DNA of 64,000 nt from contig OX597829.1 in assembly GCA_951406725.2 (NCBI GenBank), positions 15,066,001-15,130,000 on the forward strand. The letters are read 5' to 3'. The position numbers and the translations under genes are program-made. The notes below the pieces were generated by a model, which was not told the DNA's origin, made no database searches, and was given only the letters and a program-made list of their open reading frames with translations. The stretch comes from Octopus vulgaris. Taxonomy: Eukaryota. Of this stretch, positions 1 to 13,103 are shown piece after piece (position 1 is the stretch's first letter; the number at the start of each line of letters is the position of its first letter).

Positions 1-290
1 ACACCACAACATCCATACCATGCACCAAACCAACAGAGCCATACAACACACCAGCACTACCATACACCACACCAGCACTACCATACACCACACCAACACT
101 ACCATACACCACATCAACACTACCATACACCAAGTCGACCATACAAAACACCAACACAGCCATATATCACACTAACACTTCCATGCACCCCACCAGCACT
201 ACCATATACCACCAGAATATTACCATACACCACACCATCGCTACTGTCTATATACCGTACCACCTCAAAACTCCCATACACCACAATCAT
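1..290. repeat. Degenerate C/A-rich minisatellite (~22-bp unit CACCAGCACTACCATACACCAC)
   Basis: Repeated caccagcactaccatacacca motifs with variation; cut by the window start. Confidence 0.8.
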
Positions 291-420
291 AGATATTGCA
301 ATACGCTATAAATTAAATAGTGTCATTTTATGAACGTTTCAGAAATCGTTATACTCGTCATTTATATATATGTACTAAACATGTTGCAAGAGAAGTGAAT
401 AATCGTTGACAGTACATAAA

Positions 421-694
421 AAAGCAAAGTCGACCTCGGTGGAATTTGAACTCAGAACGTAGCGGCAGACGAAATACCTATTTCTTTACTACCCACAAGG
501 GGCTAAACACAGAGAAGACAAACAAGGACAGACAAACGGATTAAGTTGATTATGTTGACCCCAGTGCGTAACTGGTACTTAATTTATCGACCCCGAAAGG
601 ATGAAAGGCAAAGTCGACCTCGGCGGAATTTGAACTCAGAACGTAACGGCAGACGAAATACGGCTGCGCATTTCGCCCGGCGTGCTAACGTTTC
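421..694 (-). mobile_element. tRNA-derived SINE family A plus a partial tandem second copy
   Basis: Minus strand has B-box GAGTTCAAATTCC, central CCTTTCATCCTTTCGGGGTCGATAAATTAAGTACCAG and tail TGTGTTTAGCCCCTTGTGGGTAGTAAAGAAA. 421-477 repeats 605-661. Other copies at 21954 and 58774. Confidence 0.9.
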
Positions 695-1149
695 TTGGCC
701 ATCTAGTCACTTTTCCTTATTGACATCGATCTCAGGATCCACCCCAACGACGGACTATGTCTGTAACTGGCGACTCCGACGTTGGGGAGATTTGGTTGCT
801 GTTTCTAACAAGCCAAGCGACCTCATACCGTCTCCCTATCAGTTCATCGGTGGTTTTACGCCTGGACTTTCTCAATTGTCGCCTTCCTATGTATGTTTGT
901 GTGCGAGCATTCAACCCCAGATGTCAATTAGACCTGGATAAAACTGAAATGAAAAGACCCACAAATAACCAAGATCGTTCAGTTTAAACTTTGCTTATTG
1001 TATATATTATCTTCTCCTTATTTCATGTTCCTTTCGCGTTATGATCTTCTGAACAATACGCTATTTCTACAACACTGTCGATGTATTGTATTAGACTGTG
1101 AATACCGCAAGACTAAGGACCACATGACAGTTACCCAGCAAAGCCATTC

Positions 1150-1184
<35 letters not shown>

Positions 1185-1395
1185 GTTTTCATACGGCAAT
1201 TCAGTGTCTTGCCTTTGTAAGTAAGTTCTAATTTATTATCTATGATGTTGTTGGATTCTTATTTATATTAATAATACTGTCTATTTCTGAATTACTAATG
1301 CGTTCAGAAACTATTCTACTTCCGGCCATTTTCAGGTTTTATATACCATAACTTCTCCTGAATGTATAAGCGCGGGCGTGTGTGTGTATACATAC

Positions 1396-1522
<127 letters not shown>

Positions 1523-2728
1523 CATATACATACATATGTGTGTAAATGTATGTGCGGGTGAGTGTGTGTGAATGTGCGTATGTACGCACACTTAATTCAA
1601 ACTTGTAATTATGTATACACTCACACACACAAATATATAATTCTATACTTCTATACATATATGTGTGTGTATGTATATATGTAAGTACATGTATGTATGC
1701 ATGTATGTGTATCTGCACCGTGTGTGTGTATATATGTGTGTATGTGCGTGCGCGTGTGTTTGTGTATGTGCATGATTCTTGTAATATAATATAATTTCTT
1801 CCCATTACTTAGGCAAGCTTATTAGTTTTCTCTTTTTTTATTTATTATTTTTTATTTAACCACATTAACGGTGAAATTATGATTTATCTTATTCAATGGA
1901 AGCAACCGAATCTCTTTTCTCTTCGTATTTTAGAGAAATTGAAATGTAGACCAGTTCTTTAAAAGGTTAGAATCATTGATTCGCTTGATATAAAGTTATA
2001 ATGTTTCGGTTGAAAGATGTTTTTGTTGTTATGATAAGTATAAAGAGTTCTTTTGTGTGAAATCTCCATTGATTTATTAGTGTGTGACGTAATATCTGAT
2101 ATATTATTAATACGACTATTATTATTATTTTTATTTTTTAAATATATTATATAAACTAAGTGAATAGTTATTAAAGTAACTCTTGTATTAGTACCTGCTC
2201 GATAAATCAAGCTGCAACATGAGTAGCAAAGATGATATTTACTAAATCTCCTTACATAGACGCTAAGGTTTCCCGAATATGGGTCAAACTCGACATATAA
2301 CGAAACTTGCACTCTCTTCTCTAATTCTTGTTATTTCTGATTGCAGTTATTAGTGATGATACGGTTAAGGGTTTTTGTTCGCCAGATCATCCCTGACATA
2401 GGAGATTAAAGAGAACTTCCATCCATTACCAATCTGATCGGCCTTCTCCTGAATTTTGCTATTTTGAGCAGGTCGAGTGATCATGCAGAGGTTTCCTCGT
2501 GTTTCGTACATTTAATATACATATACATATTGCATGTACAGATACACACACACACACACCACACACACAAACACACACATACACGCACGCACACAAACGT
2601 TATCGACCATATATACTTATAACATATAATTTACGTATACCTGGACACAAAGCATATACGTAAAGTATGTCTGGTCAATAATGTTTATATCACTGGTGAT
2701 GCTTCTATTTCATATTTGAATATATACA

Positions 2729-3050
2729 TGGTGATTGTCTACTCCTTATGCAGTGTTTGACCACCTCCTGTGCCTACACCTTAACACCATGATGGCATCT
2801 GATGTGGCTTATTAAATCAGACAATGTTCTGAAAAGACACCCATGTAGATTGCATTTCCTATTTGGACCACCAAGAGCTGCAAATAAGGTCTGCGCTTTG
2901 TCGATCTTAAAATGCCCCTTGAGGCCCCCGTTGGATTTGCAAACCTTCTGGCATACATTGTATTCAAATGTTTGCATTGATATGTAGGTAGAATAGTTGG
3001 TGGAGGTTCGTTTTCCATGGGTTCGCAAATGAGATTTCAGCCCAGCAAAA
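2729..3050 (-). mobile_element. RTE-like LINE 3' end (subfamily 2) with C2H2-like motifs
   Basis: Translation AGLKSHLRTH..VCQKVCKSNGGLKGH..LISHIRCHH*, then a short 3'UTR; similar to the adjacent RTE C-terminus. Confidence 0.7.
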
Positions 3051-3136
3051 GACATACATGCATACATACATACATGCATATATATATACATACTTACATA
3101 CATACATGCATACCTACCTACATACATACATACATT

Positions 3137-3946
3137 ATAGCTGCCCCCTCGTTACCGAGTATGGCCATTGCACGAAGCTTAACTGTTACTGATGCTGTGA
3201 TCGAATGTGACTTTTTAGCCCAGCTAAAGATCTACAATGTCTTGTACAAAATTGGCAACTAAAACCTTTACTGGTAATAGCTGGCTGTAGTTGTAACTGG
3301 GCTTTATGTACCTTTGCATGTCGTTTAAGTCTTCCTGCCGAATTACACTCTCTTCCACATGCCCGACAGATATGATTAGCATAGTGTGTTACACCACCAG
3401 TGGCCAGGTTGTCACTCATCTGTCTCGTTTTATGACTACGAAGATGACTCATGAGTCCAGCTTTACTGAGGCAGGGTCTTGCACAGTCATTTCATGTCAG
3501 AATCAAAGGAAGACCTTTTCCTTCTGGAAGTGTAACAGCGATGCCCTTCCTCACATCCCTCCTTACTTTCTCATGTGCAACTCGAGATTTCTCAAACGTG
3601 GCTATCCCCTCATGTACAATCCTTCTCCACCTGCTACGATCAATAGCTATGCCTTCTTATGTGTCAGGAGAGATGCAAACATCTCTTAAGGAAGCCTTCA
3701 GCAAGTCCTTATACCTCTTTTTTGGTTTATGTGGAGGTCGTTCTCCTTTAGCTAACTCTCCATAAAAGAGTTGTTTAGGCATCCTTGAATCCTTCATTCT
3801 GACCAGATGACCACTCCATCTGCGCCTTTGCTTTAACACAAGAGCTTCTATACTTTCACATCGAGAGCCTTCGAGTACTTCAAGATCACTGATGCGGTCC
3901 TTCCACTTAATGCCATAGATCCGTCTGAGGCACATCTGATGGAAAC
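3137..3946 (-). mobile_element. 5'-truncated RTE-clade LINE ORF C-terminus with three C2H2 fingers
   Basis: CLRRIYGIKWKDRISDLEVL, RWSGHLVRMKDSRMPKQLFYGEL and PKKRYKDLLK are typical of RTE C-termini. Then C..C/H..H motifs to a stop at 3186; internal stops; (CATA)n tail. Confidence 0.9.
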
Positions 3947-5627
3947 ATACATGCATATATACATACATGTCTATATACATACACACAAACACACACACAC
4001 ACACGTACACACACACACTCACACACACACACTCACACACATATATATAGTAGTAACAGAAAAGAGGAATTTCGATTATCCCCACGTGGTGAGTTGTAAT
4101 GTATATAAGAAATTAAAAAAGGAAAATACGCACACTTACATAGTTTTAATATAATTTTTAATATATCGACCGGTTTCGCTATCGCTATTCATGATATTAT
4201 GTTTTATTTATTTATTTGAATATATATTTTTTCTTAAGAAATGTTGTCCATGTTGTGTGTGATGAAATTCACGAGTGAATGACTTCACAAGTAGATAAAT
4301 AAAGGGAGGTAATTGGTTGTCGCTAGACCCAAAAGGGTCAGTAATACTGAGTAAGTGCTATGAATAGACCATAGTTAAGCTTCAAATTCGGTAATTATGC
4401 GAATAAGGAGTCCGACGTAGGTCATATATCAGCATGTGTATATACAAGAATTGTTTTGTATATATCCATATATATATATACATATACATAACCACACACA
4501 CATGCACTCACACATACAAACATCTATACTTCGGTATCATGTTAGTTGGCAGCTTAAAATCACCCCTTTTTTCCGTCATTCCGTCCAGTTGTCATGTCTT
4601 CTTTTCTACTACTGACTTTTTAACTTGATAACAACCATATAAAACTCATGGAATCTCTTGGTGATTCCATCTCCTTACTATCTCCTCTACTCTCAGAAAG
4701 GACAAATTCTTTTCACTCTACTATTTACCCTTTACACTGCATGCCTCATGTCTGGTTTTTCACCTATACAGATCGTAGTTATCTCCTCTTATCTCATTTT
4801 TGTGGGTTTCACCAGCCTCTTTTTGATAGAAATCTCCTCTCCTTCGTATTTTTCACCAGTTTTTTTTTACCAACTTCTGAACAGTCTAGTAAATGTCCCC
4901 GGACCTTTTATTCTCGTCGTGTAATTTTTTTTACCAGATTCTTTGAATTCTCAACATTTCACAGACTTGGTACCATTTTCTCTCCACTTTTAAATTTTAG
5001 TTTAAACCTTTTCATGTTTGGTAAAAAGGAAAAAATGGTTTTCACACTCCTATACAATTGCACGCACGTCAATAACACTTTCTACATTGTTCCTACCATA
5101 ACTTTTATTTCATTAAAATGCCTATTCCCTCACACGTACACTCACCACCTTTTATCATTTTCACACCATTCATCTATCGTTTACGCCCATACCCTCACTA
5201 ACTAACGCCACGACATTTAGCTTCCACGCTTCTAAATCTCTACACATATACACACGCCACACATTTACATACACTTATCACGCACTATGCTTTCTTCCAC
5301 ACAGAGGAACACACTTACACTTGCATCTAACACACTCGCTACTTTTTCCCTTCTTAACTACCGCTACAACATTCCTGTCCGGCTTCTGATCTGCCTTCCT
5401 TTTCCCTCTTTCTTCTCATAAATGAATAGTCTCTTACACACACAAACACACACACACACACACACAAACAAACACACACACTCACACATACACATGCATA
5501 CAAATATCTATATATCTATGTGTGTATATATATATGTATGTATACATGCATATATATACATACAGACGTACACACATACACATACATACAGACAGACAGA
5601 CGTACACACATACATACATACACACAT

Positions 5628-6162
5628 ACGTATCACTCAGGCTTGCGAGGAAGGGATGGCCTCCCTTTGCAAATACTCCAAGAACACTCATATTGTGTCT
5701 AAAGCCAGCCAGCTAGAAACGAAGATCTCTTGGGGCTATGAAGCTACAGTAACACCCCCTCCCCAATGTGTTTAACCATGATAAGATGGCTTCTATACTT
5801 TACATTATCGAGCGATTACTGTTTCAATCTCATTCTGAGAATTAATTTTCTTACTGTTCGTATTTCGACATCAGTGGCAGACGCCATTAGAAAAACTTAT
5901 ATGTATTTGCAAAGGAGCCTTCACTTTCATCGCGACCTGGTGGTTACCACCCGTTGACGAGGGACAACAATCCCGAAACTAGTTCGTGCGTATCACTCAG
6001 GCTTGCGAGGAAGGGATGGCCTCCCTTTGCAAATACTCCAAGGACACTGATATTGTGTCTAAAGCCAGCCAGCTAGAGAAGAAGATCTCTTGAAGTCATA
6101 AAGCTACAGTAACACCCCCTCCCCAATGTGTTTAGCCATGATAAGATGGCTTTTATACTTTA
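5628..6162 (+). repeat. Partial tandem repeat, ~360-bp unit (5628-5987) plus ~175-bp second copy (5988-6162)
   Basis: cgtatcactcaggcttgcgaggaagggatgg...gatggctt(c/t)tatacttta occurs at 5628-5801 and 5988-6162 with few mismatches. Confidence 0.9.
5945..5992 (+). ncRNA. Minimal hammerhead-like motif (C3U core)
   Basis: cg-TTGACGA-ggga-caacaa-tccc-GAAAC-TA-GTT-cg: perfect 4-bp stem II, palindromic AACTAGTT stem III, weak stem I. Confidence 0.55.
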
Positions 6163-6620
6163 AATTGTATAAAGATCATTTTATTATTTCATTTTTTATT
6201 AAAAATAAAACGTGAGTTGATCCCTACATATCCTAGAGTTAAATGCTATGAAATATCGAAGATTCTCACGTGGCACACGAGGAAGGCGTAAACAAATTCA
6301 ATGGTGTCTTGACGCTTTATGTGGAAGAAATGTGTCTGGTCGCTTTGGTGTAAAGGTTAGCACGATTGAAGACTGTAGCAGAAGAGTAATTCAATTCCCG
6401 TGGACGGTTTTGCGCATATTTTTCAATTCCTGATTTGTGTTTATAGAATATCTAATTCAATTTAATTTAATGTTTATATATATATATAAGTTCAGCAAAA
6501 TTTAGATTCGGATGAATATGGTACTTAAGTTAAAGGCAACAGAATTTTGTATGGTATTATCCATATGAATCAAATGGGGGTGATTATAATCAAAATAAGC
6601 AACAAGGATATCCAAGGTAG

Positions 6621-6706
6621 TGTAGTACAATCGTTTCATGCAACTTCATTTTATTAAACACTGCAAGTATTACATCAGTTTCAAAATGTCGAGCAATCTT
6701 CAGCCA
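6621..6706 (-). ncRNA. Type I hammerhead ribozyme motif
   Basis: Reverse complement tgg-CTGAAGA-ttgc...gcat-GAAAC-gatt-GTA-ctaca. Confidence 0.75.
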
Positions 6707-6716
6707 ATCTTTTATA

Positions 6717-6800
6717 TGTGGCTGAAGATTGCTCGACATTTTAAAATTAATGTAATACAGTGTTTAATAAAATGAAGTAGCATGAAACAATTGTACTACA
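6717..6800 (+). ncRNA. Type I hammerhead ribozyme motif
   Basis: tgtgg-CTGAAGA(6722)-ttgct..agcat-GAAAC(6784)-aatt-GTA-ctaca; stem I tgtgg/ctaca; palindromic ACAATTGT. Confidence 0.8.
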
Positions 6801-6828
6801 CTACCTTGGATATCCCCGTTGCTTATTT

Positions 6829-6887
<59 letters not shown>

Positions 6888-7420
6888 CACACACACACAC
6901 ACACACACACATACACACATTTATATACAAATGCATATATTTTAATGCAGGCATTAATAAATACAGAGACAGACAAACAGACTGACGGACAGATGAACAG
7001 ACAGATAGACAGAGACAGGCAGACAGGCACGTAGACAGGCGGACACAAACGAAATACTGCTAAGCCTTTCGCCCGGCGCGCTAACATTTCTGCCAGCTCG
7101 CCAAAATAAACGTTAATGTAATCGACCCAGAACCATACTGAAATCGGTGCCCACCATGGCCACAATCCTATGAGATCAACGTAAGAAAACCACAATATTT
7201 TGTCTAAATGCATTAGATTATAATTCACAGATTACTTTCTAATTTGTTAATTGCTCGATATTTTTCACTCTTTACGAACTAGAAATGTTATTAACAGCAA
7301 ACACTTAATGTATATTTAATGAAAGAATAAAAAAAAAACAATTTGTGTTTTATTCATTATTTATATAATTTTGTTTAGGGAACAAAGCTATCAAAACTTT
7401 AAATCTGTTTAATACATTGC

Positions 7421-7938
<518 letters not shown>

Positions 7939-8194
7939 GATTTTAAAATGTTTGTTTATTTTTTAAATTTTTTATCCTTTTACAAGTAATTGTTTACATT
8001 CGATAAGGACAAATGGTAATGGTTTATAGGGTACATGCAAAACTTCAGGACTGAATAGACACAGCAACGCCGAAACTGCGGTGTCTCAAAGTTCCCTTAC
8101 ACGGGCGATCCGGTCCATCTTGCGTGTTATTAAAACAATTGTCTAAAGGGACAGGACATTTTCCAATGATGAACAAACAACATCGATCAGATAA

Positions 8195-8455
8195 TCACGA
8201 CCGAAGCTCTGAGAACGTATTAAAAGTAGGTAAGTATAAAGGAATTATTTTCATCGTAATTGTTTCTAGCATAGACACAAAGTGTGAAATTTGAAGGAGG
8301 CATGTAACGATATCGTCGACTCCAGTCTTTCTCTGGTAAATTATATTATGAATCATGAAAGAATGAAAGACAAAGATGACCTCAATGACATTTAAAATCG
8401 TAACGTAAAGAGTCGGAACAAGTACCTTAAGATATTTTGTCGACGATCTTACCAC
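8195..8455 (-). pseudogene. Possible decayed LINE reverse-transcriptase fragment (CR1/L2/Rex-like)
   Basis: IYQRKTGVDDIVTCLL...LPTFNTF resembles the QFAY..RGVDDA..LL..DFSSAFNT region; weak, by eye only. Confidence 0.35.
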
Positions 8456-8852
8456 TCTACGACTCCACCAACATTCTTTTCATCATTATTGATTGCTGTT
8501 ACATACTGCTGCTCTTGTTTTGAATGAAGTCAGCTATGACTCAAAAGACTCAAAACTAATGATCATCATCCATCATTCATTTTTCTTTCGAAATTGTTAA
8601 TCTATACTATTCAATGTCTTTTCTTTTGTTGTCGTTATTGTTGTTGCTGTTATTGATGTTGTTTAACTCTAGGCCAGTCATGAGTTAACTCGACAGACCT
8701 ATAATCAAATGAATTCCATCTGTGGCCATTTGGTCTTTGGTTCAGACATGTTGCAGACCGCACTACGTCAGTCAACAATTAAAGTCATAATTTAAGAATG
8801 TAGAATGTGATTTGAGAAATATTTGGTTACCATGTCTCGCAGAAAGAGTGAC

Positions 8853-8990
<138 letters not shown>

Positions 8991-10605
8991 AGTGTGTGTG
9001 GGTGTGTGTGTATGATGCTTCTGCTTTACTGCCATAAAAGTCTAAGTTGCTGCTACAGTGTTGAGAGGTATTAGTATTTCTAGACAAGTTACATAAACGA
9101 TCGGTATCGCAAGAAATACACACTCACATACACACAACACAGACACACAGACAGAAACTCACACATACACAGACACTCTCTCTTGGTCTTCGTTTCTCAC
9201 CCACACACATGTATCACCTATATGTAATATCAATAAATTGTTCATTCAATATAGATTGAGTATAAAAATGTTTTATAAAATGAAAATACAAATTTTATTT
9301 TTAACACAGATTAATTAGTCAGTAGATAGTCTTTCTTAATTACACATTAATAATGAAGAGCATAGCCATAGCAGTGAAGTCACAGAGCCAGAGTTGCGGA
9401 GAAATCATTTGTTCTATATACATGTAATAGTTCAATAATTCTCTGATAATGACTTTCTGCGAGTGAATAAAATACACTCCGTTGAGCAATGAACTTTGCT
9501 GAGAAAAAAAATTATAAATAAATAGATAAATAAAAATTTAAATAACAAACAATAAATAAATTCAATTAAGTATTTCCACAAAATAGCAAATATGTTTTAA
9601 AGCTAATCTATGATGAACTGACAGATTCCTTTTAAATATTTGTTTTAAATATTCAAAATGATTTTTAATGTTCACTTTACAAGCGATGGCAAACCTACAT
9701 TAACAGGGAATGAAAGGTCTCTTTAAATAACAGATCAATATCGATTAGCCATAGGTCACCAGCACTAAATTGATGCATATGCCTGGCACCAAGCCAAGTA
9801 ATTTTATAATTTTCTTTCTTTTTCCCAGAATGCAGTCGTCAATCTTCCAGCATCAAAATTCATCCGCAAAACGAAAATGAAGAACATCAGGCTATCCATA
9901 AAAAAAAGCAATTAAAAGGTATTAATTTGACAATCATTCAATCATGGTATTAACAAGATAGGAATCAAAATAACTACAGAATCTATTAAATGTGAAATGA
10001 TTCACTGAAAAATCGTAAAACAATTTTTCCTGAGGTTAATGGTAACAGATAAGACCATTCAAAACTATGACAACCACGAAAAGAATAACAGCACATATCA
10101 ATGTTTGTAATGTCTGTAACAGTAATTCGGTTCTTAACATGGAGGAAAATCCCTCATCTGTAGATACATCAAGATTTCAGGAAGAATTTGGAAGATTCAG
10201 CAGTGAGAAATTTGTTTTTAAGTCGAAAAACTCTTTATTATTCTTTATATTTGTTTTGCTAGACATTTACTCTATTGTTGATTTTAAGAATGCTAGTGTT
10301 AAATTCTATATAATTTAATGCAAAGATATTGTATGTACAAGAATACTTTAACATAAAGTTGGTAAGTAATAGTGTTATATACAAGACTTTTTTCAAATGG
10401 AATGGATTACTTCTCTTATTTGTAATGGCGCTTTAAGTATTTTTGTTTTTGTCATATTCAATATTAAATCATCTCGTCTTGGTCTAACACAGATCCATTA
10501 GGTACTAAACAGGCAGTGTGCCTATCACAATGTAATATACTCTATATAAACTCTAGCTGCACATTTTGTGTAGCACACCAAAAAGCATAGCGATAATATT
10601 AAACA

Positions 10606-10977
10606 CTAGCACTATGACCCAGCAACACCTGGTCATAGTGCTTGTGCATGCACATACAGCTGCGTGCGTGCGCACATACACGCGAGTACTGTCCAAATCC
10701 CCGCCCAATCACATACAGCTAGCTGGCATTCAATTGGCATATCAAGTTTTGGGCATTTTGATTGGGTTTTGGATAGAAAATTCACAAAAAAGTCACTTCT
10801 ATTGATTATTTAATAGCTTTGCGGGGTGAGTGGGGAAATGTAAAGATGTGCACGACCACCCTTGGACGGTTTTAAATGACCATAGAAAGTGCGATCCCTC
10901 TAACTGAAGAATTGTAGATTTGTATAAAGGACACACACACACACACACACAGACATTTTCCCGTTTATATAGAGAGA
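10606..10977 (-). mobile_element. Non-autonomous Helitron
   Basis: Minus strand begins A|TCTCTCTATATAAACGG then (TG)n, and ends with hairpin GCACTATGACC..GGTCATAGTG and CTAG|T. A/T insertion site, no TSD. Confidence 0.85.
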
Positions 10978-11764
10978 TATTTGTTAGAACTCAATATATT
11001 ATGCTTTAGTTTTAAAATGTTAGGTGAGCACAGGGCATGATATAAATCAATGAGTGATAAAAAGAACATGTGTCAAATAAACTCTTTCATTAACTTGCAG
11101 CTGTTTCTACTATTGTACTCAGAATTAAATGCTCATGTTAAAACTTATAGCTACTTCGGAGCCATTAAAAAGAAGTGAATGCTTATTGCGCGGAAGCATT
11201 TAAATACATAGAGCTTATTCCAAATAGAACCATTTATAACATAATACAGCCATATAAATGCTTCTGAGGAAGCTATAAGTTACTGTATGAAGATTAATCA
11301 CGAGACCAACGACTTTTATAAGAGAAACAGCTGTAAGCTAATGAAAGATTACCTTAATTCTTTTATTTGCACATATATTATTTTATTTATATATAAATAT
11401 ATTTCTGTATGCGTGTATTTGTGGTTGCGTATTTGGTGGTATGTATGCGTGTATATATCAATATGCGTACGCCTGTATGTGGATTTATATACATATGGGT
11501 ACACAGATGCGAAATAACGTAGATTAAAAATAGATTACTTGTCTGATGAACAGTTACATTAAACTATGATTAAAGGCTTGTGAAGTTTTTCAGCTTCAAT
11601 AAAACAATACATTCATACATACATACGTACGTACGTATGTACATACATACATACATACATACATACATACATACATACATACATACATACATACGCACAC
11701 ACTCTCACACACGCACATATACATGCGTAAACATATAAATATAATATATATGTGTGTGCATGTG

Positions 11765-11807
<43 letters not shown>

Positions 11808-12639
11808 CTGAATGATATGATATATATGCAAAAAATGTAATATATAAATAAATATCTATAAATATGAACCATCCGATCTGATTACCTCATTTTTTCTAAT
11901 ATATATATATATATATATTCTTAGTTTCTTTACACAGACATATGCATGCTATATGTGTGCAGCATACGGGGTTATATTCCAAAGACGGTTGCAATGGAAG
12001 AACCGGTGTTCTTTCTTTTCTATTAAATTACTGAAATGTTATGTTAACCGTGTTTCCCTATGCTGGTCTATACATTACTGTAAATATATCTATAGCTTAA
12101 TTAACCAACCCTGAGTTACGAAAAATGTAAATGATAAGTCTATAGGACTTGTTTGTGAACAGAAAAATATGTAATTATTTTACGTACGTTTCCGTTGTTC
12201 TTATAATTGTCTACAGCAATTGTGTACCATCCTTACCTATGCACAGAAGTCGCGTATAATGCAATCAATGTTAGGATACTGGGAATCTAGAAATTTTTAA
12301 ATAAGCAAAATGTTCTATCGAGTTTGCATACTTAAAAATTTTAAGACAGCTATGTCGGACATTTAATTACTGGTATATTAACAACATTTTGTGTTAATGC
12401 TATAATATAATGAAAATTTATAGTTTTGTTAGCTAGCATTGCGTGTTATGGCGATTATAAGCATTACGTATGTGTATTGTACGTAGATTCCTTTCCTACG
12501 AGGAAAGATGGCTGGCCTTTCGTACAGCTCTTCTCCATGGGAAATCATCTGTGATGACCATTCTTGCGGCGTAACGTGGTCGTTTCCAAGAAGAGAGAGA
12601 GGGGGTAGAAAGAAAGAAAGAATGAAAGAAAGAAAGGAA

Positions 12640-12790
12640 GAATGATTCGACCCCAATACGAGACTGGTACCTTGTAGACACGAGAAGGACGAAAGTCGAA
12701 GATGACCTCGACAGGATGTAATTCAAAACGCGAAGAATCGGAAATAATACTGCCAGACACTCTATCTAACGCTCTAGTGACTCTACCAAT
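12640..12790 (-). mobile_element. Degenerate SINE family A copy
   Basis: tcgaccccaatac..actggtac..aaggacgaaagtcgaagatgacctcg aligns loosely with family A. Confidence 0.5.
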
Positions 12791-12878
12791 TTACTGCATT
12801 AGCTATGGAATACACAAACGTACACATACACACACGTCTGTTTATATATCTGATTATATATATATATATATATATGCG

Positions 12879-12973
<95 letters not shown>

Positions 12974-13065
12974 ATTATATATGTATATATATATTTTTTT
13001 ATGTGAATATATGTATGTATATATATATATATATACACGCACGGATACACATGCCCCCCCATACA

Positions 13066-13103
<38 letters not shown>

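Larger units (their letters stand above)
6489..6832. mobile_element. Fold-back non-autonomous PLE-type element in (TA)n
   Basis: Inverted arms 6589-6706 and 6719-6832, extra tail 6489-6588, TA runs on both sides; homologous to the 45389 element. Confidence 0.8.

Noticed and set aside
1-290. CRISPR-like or telomeric array
   Set aside because: No unique spacers, not TTAGGG, eukaryotic context; an ordinary minisatellite.
741-787. 13-bp GC-rich stem ccccaacgacgga/tccgacgttgggg
   Set aside because: Isolated, with no recognisable RNA motif or second copy.
1959-2312. Possible decayed PLE linker (FDPYSGNLSV..YSC)
   Set aside because: Similarity too faint to call without a profile search.
4648-5205. 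185-aa ORF
   Set aside because: Compositionally biased (F/S/L/H) with no motif; probably decayed repeat sequence.
11538-11600. CTGATGA core
   Set aside because: No correctly placed GAAA or stem III.
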